Positions 25,960 through 36,725 of a stretch of DNA of 64,000 nt are shown here, one piece after another (the stretch's first letter is position 1; each line of letters begins with the position of its first letter). Position numbers and translations under genes: made by a program. The notes beneath the pieces were generated by a model. The model was given only the letters and a program-made list of their open reading frames with translations. It was not told the DNA's origin and made no database searches. Source of the stretch: Chiloscyllium plagiosum (taxonomy: Eukaryota); assembly GCF_004010195.1 (NCBI RefSeq), contig NC_057757.1, forward strand, positions 6,790,142 to 6,854,141, read 5' to 3'.

Positions 25960-27420
25960 ACCCACCATTGCACTATACACACACACACAGACGTTCCTAC
26001 CATCAATATACAAAAATGGCTTCATTTCAAAATCTCTTAGCTTTACCCAGTTTGTACACTACAATACGTAAACGCTAACTATAACCATGCAAACATGCAT
26101 TACTACATTCTATTTCAGTCTGTCTACTCTTATTACCACAAATCTCCGTTTCTCAGCCAAGTCACGGCAATGCGTCTGCAAACACATTTTCTCACCCTAC
26201 ACATGCATATTTTTTAAAATTGAATGGTTGCAATAATTAGCTCCACCTAAACAGTCTGGAATGTTTGTACTTAAATTTCTCCAGATACTGGTATCGGTTA
26301 TGATCAGGAGATATGATTATTCAGAAAAATTATTGGCAAAATAAACATTGAAATGCTGTAAGGGCAACACCAAGCTCAAGGTCTCCTTCCCAATTGTTGA
26401 ATATTTCTGCTAATGAATGTTCAATTTCCTGGAGAAATATCCAATAGGTCTTTCTATCTTCCTGTCATCTTCCTCTAAAGGTAAAGGAGCAACACCCATA
26501 TCGCTCTCATCAATAGCCATCTTGAATGACTTTGCGTAATTCAGTGTGGCGAACACTGGGGCAGTGGTTATCACAGCCTTCAGGCTGTCTCATGCCTTTT
26601 GACAGTCCGTCATCCACTGAGACCTCTTGCTTTTTTCCAGTAATTCAGTGAGTGGAGCAGCTACACTGCTAAGATTTGGTACGAATTTCCAATACAAACC
26701 ACTCAATCCCAGGAATCATAGTACTGCTCTATTAGTCAAAAGTATGGGAACCACCCCAATAACCTTTGTTTTCACATTCGGTGCAGCCATCCAAGTTCGA
26801 TAACAAGGCCCAGGAACGTGAATTGGACTTTGGCAAGTTCAGTCTTAGCCAGGTTTATCATCAAGCCTGCCTATCGAAGTCGATTGAATAATTCTGATAA
26901 ATGCTGCAAAAGTTCCTTCCACATGTGACTAAAACTCACTAAGTTATCAATATATACCACGCAAGCGCATGGTGGCTCAGTGGTTAGCAGTGCTGCCTCA
27001 CAGCACCAGAGCCCTAGGTTCGCATCTGCCCTTGGGGGACTGTCTGTGTGGAGTTTGCACGTTCTCCTTGTGTCTGTGTGGGTTTTTTCAGGAATCCTGA
27101 AGAAGGGCTTATGCCCGAAATGTCGATTTTTCCTGCTCCTCGGATGCTGCCTGGCCTGCTGTGTTTTTCCAGCACCACATTTTTCAACATAAGTTGCTTG
27201 TCCCACCTTTTCAATACAGTCCTCCAAATGTGGAATTGGATATGAATCAGACTTTGTAACTGCATTGACTTTGCCAAAATGTTCACATAACCTCTGGCTA
27301 CCATATGGTTTGCGCACCATTACTATGGGTGAGCTCCAGTCACTGCAACTCACTCTGATTACGTCATCTTGGCGTTCAACCTGCTTTTGAGCATATCCAC
27401 ATGACACACTTGTGAAATTT
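25960..27420 (-). mobile_element. Ty3/gypsy (Gmr1-like) RT/RNase H remnant interrupted by SINE and pLTR inserts
   Basis: SDWSSPIVMVRKPYGSQRLC..FGKVNAVTKSDSYPIPHLEDCIEKVGQA; VYIDNLV; RNase H-like region similar to 37550-37900. Confidence 0.85.
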
Positions 27421-27444
27421 CTTTCTATCTGGCATTCCTATCAA

Positions 27445-28232
27445 ATGTTGTGGTTCTGTTCGCCGAGCTGGAAATTTTTGTTGCAAACGTTTCGTCCCCT
27501 GTCTAGGTTAAATCCTCAGTGCTTGGGAGCCTCCTGTGAAGCGCTTCTGTGTTGTGTCCTCCGGCATTTATAGTGGCCTGTCCCTGCCGCTTCCGGTTGT
27601 CAGTTTCAGCTGTCCGCTGCAGTGGCCGGTATATTGGGTCCAGGTCGATGTGTTTGTTGATGGAGTTTGTGGATGAGTGACATGCTTCTAGGAATTCCCT
27701 GGCTGTTCTTTGTTTGGCTTGCCCTATAATGGTAGTGTTGTCCCAGTCGAATTCATGTTGCTTGTCGTCTGCGTGTGTGGCTACTAAGGATAGCTGGTCG
27801 TGGCGTTTCGTGGCTAGTTGATGTTCATGGATGCGGATCGTTAGCTGTCTTCCTGTTTGTCCTATATAGTGTTTGATGCAGTCCTTGCGTGGGTTTTTGT
27901 ACACTACATTAGTTTTGCTCATACTGTGTATTGTGTCCTTCGTTCTGGTGAGTTGTTGTCTGAGTGTGGCTGTTGGTTTGTGTGCTGTTATGAGTCCTAG
28001 TGGTCGCAGTAGTCTGGCTGTCAGTTCGAAACTGCTCTTGATGTATGGTAGTGTGGCTAGTCCTTTGGGTTGCGGCATGTCCTCGTTCCGTTGTCTTTCT
28101 CTTAGGCATCTGTTGATGAAATTGCGCGGGTATCCGTTTTTGGCGAATACCTTGTATAGGTGTTCCTCTTCCTCTTTTTGCAGTTCTGGTGTACTGCAGT
28201 GTGTTGTGGCCCTTTTGAATAGTGTCTTGATT
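27445..28232 (-). mobile_element. Penelope/Poseidon-type element, 3' part with GIY-YIG endonuclease and pLTR
   Basis: TLPYIK..LLRPLGLITAHKPTATLRQQL..NVVYK..KDCIKHYIGQTGRQL..RIHEH..REFLEA; hammerhead-like gcaCUGAGGA...GAAACGUUugc at 27482-27523 with a weakened stem II. Confidence 0.9.
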
Positions 28233-28359
28233 AGATTGTCCTCTCTCCATGGATGCTACCTGACCCGCTGTGATTTCCCGAATTTTTTATTTTCAGTGCA
28301 GATTCCAGCATCTTCAGTAATTATCCCCAGAAAGCATCTATCTCTCTCAGTCTTAAATA

Positions 28360-28928
28360 TAAGAGCATAAGACCTAGGAATAGAAATTCGGCCATTCAGC
28401 CCATCAAGTCTACTCCGCCATTCAATCATGGTGATACATTTCTCTATCCCATTCTCTTGCTTTCTCCCCGTAACCCTTTATCCCCTTGATACGCACAAAC
28501 CTATTTATCTTAGTCTTAAATAAAATCAATGACCTGGCCTCCACAGCCTTCTGTGGCAGTGAATTCTGTAGATTCACCACTCTGGCTAAAGAGGTTTCTT
28601 CTGATTTCCATTCTAAAATCTCTTCCCTTTTCTCTAAGGCTGTGCCCTTGTGTCCTAGTCTCTCCTATTAATGGAAACATCTTCCTAACATCCACTGTGT
28701 CCAGTCCATTCGGTATCCTGTATATTTCAATTGGATTCCCTCTAATCCTTTTAAGCTCGATATAACCAGAGTCCTCAAATGTTCCTCATATGTTAAGCTT
28801 TTCCTTCCTGGAACCATTCTCGTGAACCTCCTCTGAACACACTCCAAGGCCATTACATCCTTCCTGAGATATAGGGCTCAAACTGTACACAATACCCCAA
28901 ATGTAGTCTGACCAGAGCCTTATACACA
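28360..28928 (-). mobile_element. CR1 LINE 3' end, inserted after the segmental duplication
   Basis: ALECVQRRFTRMVPG; absent from the paralogous inverted copy near 54490. Confidence 0.85.
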
Positions 28929-29359
28929 AGGACTCTGCTCCCTTGGCTCTCACTGTCACTGTGTGATCATGGTCATCTCCCGTAAAACAACTCTTAATTT
29001 CTCATGTATTGCCTCAGCTGCGTGTGTACTACCAACATTTGCAAGTTTGGGCCATAATCAGCCCTTACCTTATTACCATTACCCAATTTTTAAAACGACC
29101 TATATTTTACATCAGCTACCAGTCCATCATCATTGCCTTTTTTTACCCTCTTATTTACCTTATGTTCAATTTCTGTTTGACTTTTAAAAATAATGTTTCT
29201 TAATCTAAATTGTCCTGTCCCCCTCAGTTATTTTTATTTTGTAAGTGGGATGCAGGGATCTCTGACTAAAACACCACTCATGTCCCATCCCTGATATCCC
29301 CAGTGAAGATGGTGGTGTGCTGATCAGATTCACTGCTGTTTCTGCATTTATCTGCATGT

Positions 29360-30495
29360 ACTTTGTGTTATTCACCCGTGGGTCATGGGCATCACTGGCT
29401 CGGTGTTTATTGTATATTCCCAGTTGCTCCTTCAGAAAGCCTGGTGAGCTGCCTTCTGGAACCGCTGCAGTCCGTGCGGTGCAGGTAAATCCACAATGCT
29501 GTTAGGGAGGGAGTTCCAGGATTTTGACCCAGCGACACTGAAGAAACGGTGATATACTTCCAAGTCAGGATGGTGAATGGCTTTGAGGTGAATGTGCAGG
29601 GGTTGGTGTTCTCATGTGTCTGTTGCCCTTGTCCTTCTGGATGGTAGAGGCTGTAGGCTTGGATGGGTGCTGTCTAAGGATCGTTGGTGACTTTTTACTG
29701 TGCATCTTGTACACACTGCTGCTACTGAGCAGCAGTAGTGGAGGGAGTGGATGTTTGTGGATGTGATGCCAATTAAGCGGGCTGCTTTGTGCTGGGTGGT
29801 ATCAAGCTTCTTGAGTGTTGTTAGAGCTGCAGTCATCCACACAAGTGGGGAGTATTCTGTCATACTCTTGACTTGTGCTTTGTAGATGGTGGACAGGCTT
29901 TGGGGAGTCAGGAGATGAGTTACTTGTAGCAACATTCTAAGCCTCTAACAGGCTTTTGTAAACGTATTTATTTGGCAAGTCCAGTTCAGTTTCTGGTCGG
30001 TGGTAACCCCAAGGATGTTAATAGTGTCTGGATTCAGTGAGAGTAACATCAGTGAAAGTTAAGTCACGTTGATTAGATTAAATCACCTGGCATTTGGATG
30101 GTGTGAATGTTAATTGCCACTTGTCAGCCCAAGCCTAGATATTGTCCAGATCTTGTTATATTTGAACATGGACTGCTTCAGCATCTGAGGAATCGCGAAT
30201 AGTACTGAATATTATGCAATCATCAGTCAACATCCCCACTTCTGGCATTATGATGGAGGGAAGATTGAGCAGCAGAAGATGGTTGGCCCTGAGGAACTCT
30301 TGCTGAAATGTCTGAGATGACTGACCTCCAACAACCACAACCTTTTCCTTTGTACCAGGTATGATTGTAACCAGGGGAGAGTGTTCCCCCGATTCCCCTT
30401 GACTCCAGGTTTGCTGGGGCTGCTTAATTCTACATCCTGTCAAATGTGGCCTTGATGTTAAAGGCAGTCAGTCTCACCTCATCTCTGGAATTCAC
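29360..30495 (-). mobile_element. Old CR1/L2-type LINE fragment, duplicated at 40485-41065 (direct) and 53345-54040 (inverted)
   Basis: HLLTPQSLSTIYKAQVKSMTEYSPLVWM...KLDTTQHKAARLIG; SIIMPEVGMLTDDCIIFSTI. Confidence 0.8.
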
Positions 30496-30997
30496 TCAAT
30501 CATAATATTACAGACTTTCGCTTTTTTCTAACAAGTATTTTTTTTAACTACTTACTTTCTGTCCCTCCTGTGTCTAAATGGACCTCCATGCACAATCACA
30601 GCAGTACCATCCAACAGACGCACTGCAGTAACTCATCGAATCTGCTTTGACAAATAACTCAGTATTATACTCGACTCAAAACACTAACTCTATCCGCAAT
30701 GCGGCCAGACCTGCTGAGCTTCTCCAACATTCTCTGTGTTTTCTGTAAGTAATGATTCCATTCTGCTGTTTCTAAACTTCTTTTCTGAGCATATGTGATT
30801 GGGGTCAGACAGGGGTCTTCCGTGATTCACCTTTGGTGCATATGATGTCAAGTCATAGACATTTCAAAACAATGTCTTTTCTCATGTTGCAATTTTGCAA
30901 TTAATTTCCAAACTCAGAACACCGAATTGCTCTTGGGAGGCTCACATCAGGTGTAAATGTCTCACCCACTTAATGTGGAGTAGTGAATCTTAACAAT

Positions 30998-31067
30998 ATG
31001 CAAGGTATACCTAAAGGTCGGCTGTTTGCAATTTATTATCCCATCCTTGCAGCTATTGGGTTGCCAG
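30998..31067 (+). pseudogene. GPR139-like GPCR pseudogene C, exon 1
   Basis: MQGIPKGRLFAIYYPILAAIGLP+G (70 nt), donor gtactg; close paralog of gene D exon 1. Confidence 0.92.
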
Positions 31068-31342
31068 GTACTGGACTGGAATTTGTCACATACTTTGAAA
31101 GTCATTTTGATTATGGCTGCCTGAAAACAAAATTGGTGTAATCACTACTCTGTTTTGTGTAATTTCTCCCCCTTCAGCGTTATAATGTTTTTTCCGAAAG
31201 CTATTGGTTTTGAACATATTAATGCATCTCCTTAGCTGCAATTCTACCTTTGAATTTATCGTTGCTTTGGTGTTTCTGGTGTGCAGTGAAGTTCACTTGA
31301 CACGCAAAGATCTCTGGCGGTCTTGCTAAGCTGTGAGTGATA

Positions 31343-31414
31343 CATTCTTTGGTGTAATGGTGAGTACTCTGTACTCCGAATCCAATAATTTTGATCCAAA
31401 TTGTGGTGGAACCC
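31343..31414 (+). pseudogene. Degenerate tRNA-Gln(CTG)-derived pseudogene
   Basis: Aligns without gaps to vertebrate tRNA-Gln (TGGTGTAATGGT.AG.ACTCTG.ACTC.GAATCCA...CAAAT...GGTGGAACC), recalled from memory. Anticodon now reads CCG; B box and stems are damaged. Confidence 0.75.
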
Positions 31415-31544
31415 TATTTATTCCTAACGTGGTGATTGAGGCAAAGGGCCATCAATTAATTGTGTCCTACGGGTGTGGGTTGTTCTGCCACCCTCACCAC
31501 TATACCAAAGGATCGTGTTATACAGTGTCTCAAATTATGGATTG

Positions 31545-32915
31545 GGGTAGGTGGCTGAGAGATAAATGGGAGGGAGGTGGGGCTGGGGGGGAGGCAGCTG
31601 GGAACGCAATAGGTAGATGAAGGTTGGGGAGAAGGTGATTGGTCAGAGAGGAGGGTAGAGCAGATAGATGGGAAAGACGATTGACAGATCAAGACAGCAG
31701 TGCCGTGTTGAAGGCTGGGATAAGGTAGGGGGAGGGGAAATGAGGAAACTGGTGAAATCCACATTAATCCCGTTTGGTTGCAGGATCCCAAGGCTGAAGA
31801 TGAGGCATTCTTTCACCAGGCATCGGGTGGTTAGGTTAGGGTTTGGGGATGGAGGAGGCCCAGGACCTGCATGTCCTTGGTGAAGTGAGAGGGGGAGTTG
31901 AAGTGTTCGGCCACGGGGCGGTGGAGTTGTTTGGTGTGGGTGTCCCAGAGATGTTCTCTGAAATGATCCACAAGTTGGCGTCCTGTCTCCTTGACGTAGA
32001 GGAGACCACATCGGGTGCAACAGATCCGGTAAATGACATTGGTGGAGGTACAGGTAAATTTCTGTCGGATTTTGGGGCCTTGAACAGAGGCAAGGAGGGT
32101 GGTGTGGGCGCAGGTTTTGCACTTCCTGCAGTGGCAGAGGAAAGTGTCGGGAGTGGGGTGAGGGCTGGTGGAGGAGCGTGGATCTGACAAGCGAGTCACG
32201 GAGGGCATGGTCTCTCTGGAATGCTGATAGGGATGGAGAGGAAAAATATATCCCCAGTGGAGTGGTCTGTTTGTAGGTGGTGGAAGTGGTGGAGGATGAT
32301 GCAATGTATGCAGAGGTTTGTAGGTTGGAAGCTGCGGATGGGGAGGGTTCTGTCCTTTTAGCGTTGGGAGGTGTGGAGTTCAAGGGTGGAAATGCGGGAA
32401 GTGGAGGTGATCATCGACCACGTGGGAGGGAAAATTGCAATCTTTATAGAAGGAGGCCATCTGGGATGGTCTATGGCAGAATTGGTCATCCTGGGAACAG
32501 CTGTGGTGGAGGCGGAGGAATTGTGAATAAGGGATGGCCTTTTTCAGGAGACAGGGTGGGAGGAGGTGTAGTCTAGATAGCTGTGGGAGTCAATGGATTT
32601 GTAGTAGATTTCAATGGTTAGTTGTCGCCAGAAATGGAGACAGAGATGTCCACGAAGGGGAGGGAGGTGTCTGATATAGTCTATTTGAGGACAGAGTGAA
32701 AGGTGTTAGTGAAGTTGGATGAATGACCACGGAGATCCACCAAAAAACCCCTTACCTTCCCATAGCCCCACCTCCTCCCATTCATCTCTCAGCCCCCACC
32801 CCACTCCGGTCTACAAAGCTCATTGCTGACGAAGGGCTTATGCCTGAAATGTCAATTCGCCTGCTCCTCGGATGTATTCCTGACTTGCTGTGCTTTTCCA
32901 GCAACACACTCTCGA
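31545..32915 (-). mobile_element. Penelope-like element fragment with an inverted plus-strand pLTR at ~32740-32915
   Basis: CHCRKCKTCAH, NVIYRICCTRCGLLYVKETGRQLVDHFREHL..VAEHFNSPSH; degenerate hammerhead near 32825-32856. Confidence 0.88.
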
Positions 32916-33887
32916 AACTTCTCCCTTTTTGTGATAGGTTTACCTGCTTGGTTGGACTGAAAAGATATTGAATTTAATAATCAAATGGATGATCGGTTTG
33001 CTGCATGTGAGAGGAAGCTGTTTTTCAATGTTATGATCACTATTTCTTGCTCTACCTAATATTATATTCTTCATGTGATGTAACAATATTTAGGGGAATA
33101 AATTTTCTCAGCTGAATGTAACAAATGACTGCAATGAAATTATGTTGTTTTGAAACAAATTGTTTAAAAAAGGCGTGTGGTGTGGTGAAAATGTGATGCA
33201 TCTGGCCACTTTATGCATTATTTTCTTTTTCTGTCTCCATGCTACAACATGTGCGTTTCCATTCTCAATTTCTGACTCCATTAATGGTTCAGTGTCAGCT
33301 TGATCTTCAAACTGAGCTGTGACTGATGGTTGTTGAGAGTGTGGTGCTGGAAAAGCACAGCAGGTCAGGTCAGGCACATATGTGGAGCAGGAGAATTGAC
33401 TTTTCGGACATCAGCCTTTCATCAGGAATGTGACTGTTGCTCAGTAAGCATTGCAAAGGCCATATTGAAGCAGTGTTGTGATTTGATCCAACTCTCAATC
33501 TTAGACTTTAACTGCTGTTAACTACATTTCAGCTTCTAACTTAAAGTTATTTTAACAATGTTATTTTCTTAAATTAATCCTGCAATGCCTTTATTCTTTT
33601 ATTCATAATCTTCACATTTAATATGATTATTATTATATTATTTGACATTTTGATATCTATACTCTATCCTCTGTTTGTCTGGTTGATTGTTTTAAGCAAA
33701 AACATTCTGTTGACCAAACAGAGAATTGATTGGTTTCATTACCGAGGACCAGATCTGACTAGTTCACACAAAATTCTGAAAATAAAACTTTATTTGGGGA
33801 ATCAAGTCTTATGGTTCTGATCACACTGTCTTTCTCACTTTTCCATTTCCTGCATCCTCTGGATTGTGCCTCTTTTTCATAATTCAA

Positions 33888-35137
33888 CTAACTTGGCAGT
33901 GATTGAGATTCTATCCAGAGGAAAGTGCAGTCTCACCCGATGCATCACTTACTACTTTGTATCTATGTTGACAGCACGGTGGCACAGTGGTTAGCACTGT
34001 TGCCTCACAGCGCCAGAGACCCGGGTTTAATTCCCGCCTCACGCAACTCTTTGTGTGGAGTTTGCACATTCTCTGTGTGGGGTTTGCACATTGTCTGCGT
34101 GGGTTTCCTCCGGGTGCTCTGGTTTTCTCCCCCAATCCAAAAATGTGCAGGTTAGGTGAATTGGCCATGCTAATTTGTCCGTAGTGTTAGGTGAAGGGGT
34201 AAATGTAGGGGAATGGGTCTGGGTGAGTTGCGCTTCGGCGGATCATTGTGGACTTGTTGGGCCGAAGGGCCTGTTTCCATGCTGTAAGCAATCTAATCTA
34301 ATCGTGGTGGTGACAGACCTGCCAGTTAGTATTACCGCTATAATATTGAACTGCATTGTCAGCATTTGCTTCCTGTTCAGTGTCCTGTATGTCACCCTAG
34401 TCTGTAGTGATAACTGTGTCCTAATGGCCAGAAGCCATGATTGTTCTGTCTGGGCGACTGTGGTATTTTCTATTGATCAGTTTGTAGCCATTTCTTGCCC
34501 AAAATTGAAGACAAGATATTGCACAGAGAAGATAGTAGCTGTGGTTACAGGGGCAGTTTGTGGTATGAGCTGTATCAAAAATACATTCTGGTATTTCATG
34601 TTTCAACCATTATATACAATCGGTAATGTACCATGGCATCGCAAAATTAATTCTATATTTTATACCTCACCTGCATGGACTGCATTCGATTGGATTGATC
34701 GCACTTCACCCCCTTGTCTCCCATTTGTCTTGATCTTACTGCTCATTGCTGTGCCTGTCAGACAAATTCTAAAGGTCGTTCAAACTCACAAAAGCCTCCG
34801 TTTCAGCAAACAGGCAGAAAATCTGAATGATATGGAGGTGAGGAATCGGAGAAAGTCCGTCGTCCTGCTGTTCTGTATCTCGGGTAGTTTCATCCTATTA
34901 TGGCTGCTGTTTATATTATCAATTCTCTACATCCGAATTGCACATGTGCTATATTTCTCAGGTTACACGTAGAATGAGTTCACTAACATTCTGGAAGAAA
35001 GCGGGTATATGCTTCAGATGTTCAGTTCCTGCATAAACCCATTTATTCATGTAGGGACCCAGAGTAAATTCAGAAATGAGTTAAGGAGTGGCATAAAAAT
35101 TTCTGTAAATTTCATTGTGAAGTCTTTAAAACTTTGA
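33888..35137 (+). pseudogene. GPR139-like GPCR pseudogene C, exon 2
   Basis: Colinear with gene D exon 2. Lesions: acceptor cag>caa, SINE inserted in TM2, DRF>DQF, ECL2 Cys>Arg, TAT>TAG at 34970-34972. The frame continues to the ancestral TGA at 35135-35137. Confidence 0.95.
33968..34303 (+). mobile_element. HE1-like SINE inserted in the coding exon of pseudogene C
   Basis: Full head, core and (ctaat)n tail between codons YFVSM and VVVTDL. Confidence 0.93.
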
Positions 35138-35859
35138 CATATAATAATCATTTCATGGATTAAACTTCATCCTTTAATCTTTATAGCTGGTGCTATAAAG
35201 AGATTGTGTTTTACAAGGGGTCCCAATTTACCTGTGTCCAATTTAAAAAGGCTCATACTTATGTACACAATTACTTATGCATTCAGGCGTAAAATTTCAA
35301 AGTCATAACAATCAGAATCAGCTGTTTGGTATTGTCCTGCAGTGTTTTCTGATTTGCAAACTACAGGCCTGGGACTGACACACATACTTTATCTTCACCT
35401 TCCTCTTCTGGTTGATGCAATAACATCTATCATACACATACAATCTCACTTTCATCTCCCAGTGGGAACTGTAATATCCGCACCACCCACACAGTCTCAT
35501 TTGCATCTCCCTCAGGTGGCTGTTGTAATAATCTCTATCACGAGTACACACCTAATCCCACTTATATCTCCATCAGCTGGATATGGTAATAATCTCCATC
35601 AGACACACATAATCTTACTTTCACCTTTCTCAGCTGGGATCAACCTTTCTACCTGGTGCTTTGTGACCTCTTTACCACACAGTCATAAAAACTCCCAGCA
35701 TATTCTTGGCCGTGCTAAATTGCCCATAGTGTTAGGTGAAGAGGTAAATGCAGGGGAAAGGGTCTGGGTGGGTTGCGCTTCGGCGGGGCGGTGTGGACTT
35801 GTTGGGCTAAAGGGCCTGTTTCTACACTGTAAGTAATCGAATCGAATCTAATCTAAACC

Positions 35860-36480
35860 ACCCACACTGTGACTTCATGTGGCCTACTTCATTGCAGTGA
35901 GCTTTTTTACATCTCTTTCTCCCTCATGGGTTTCCTTTTTACCCTGTGGTAAACTATCTCTATTCAATGAGATCACCTTTTCCGTTACCACCTGAGGATT
36001 TATCTTTTCCCCATGTTCTATCCTTCACAGACTGAAATTGATGTCACAATCCAAACTGAGATTCATGAGCCAATTTCATAATCACCTGCCATTTCTGTTG
36101 CTAACCTTGCAACCTTAACTCTCTGCTCTTACATGAGTTCTCATTACATCAGGAAGTGAATTTATGAACTCCTCCAAAATAATAATCTCTCCAAAAGGGT
36201 CATTTGTTTAATCTACTTTCAAGGCCGCATATACCAATAATAACTAATTTGTTAGATCCTTTCAAACGCTATTTAAACTGGCTCCCCCCTGAGATTCCTA
36301 AAACATTGGCTGAAGGTTTCTGGTCCTATCTCATATACATTGAAATGACATGTTGCACCTCGTGATCCTCCCCAAGTACCTCCTCTGATAGTGATGCAAA
36401 TACTTCACCAGCTTTATCTACCAAATTTGTTTCAATCAACAATACCTGAATGGCCACTCACCATGTCCATCCCCCTCAAA
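35860..36480 (-). mobile_element. Gmr1-like gag remnant, paralog of 47950-48535
   Basis: Nucleotide similarity to the gag region that carries the zinc knuckle at 47781-48116. Confidence 0.65.
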
Positions 36481-36725
36481 ATTGGATAGACCTCACTCAT
36501 GTCTCCCCTTAGTCTTCCCTGCTCTGAAGAATATGGGCCAAGCCTATCTAATCAGACCGGAATTATCCTAGACATCCAAAATTCGTTGAACTTATTGGTC
36601 CCATATTTCCCCCTGAAGGGTTCATGTTGGACCTGTACTCTCCCCAGCTCATTTTTGTGTGCCCCCCATTACTCCACTGTAGGTTTACCCCAAGGAGCTG
36701 TTCCCAGTCTACTGTCGCCAGATCC

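Noticed and set aside
27503..28078. Domesticated GIY-YIG nuclease gene
   Set aside because: Truncated element fragment with substituted conserved residues, a pLTR directly downstream and no splice or promoter evidence.
31343..31414. Functional tRNA-Arg(CCG)
   Set aside because: The body is Gln-type with broken acceptor, anticodon and T stems and a damaged B box.
34175..34972. 265-aa intact GPCR ORF
   Set aside because: It starts inside a SINE, lacks TM1 and TM7 and ends at a premature TAG; it is part of pseudogene C.
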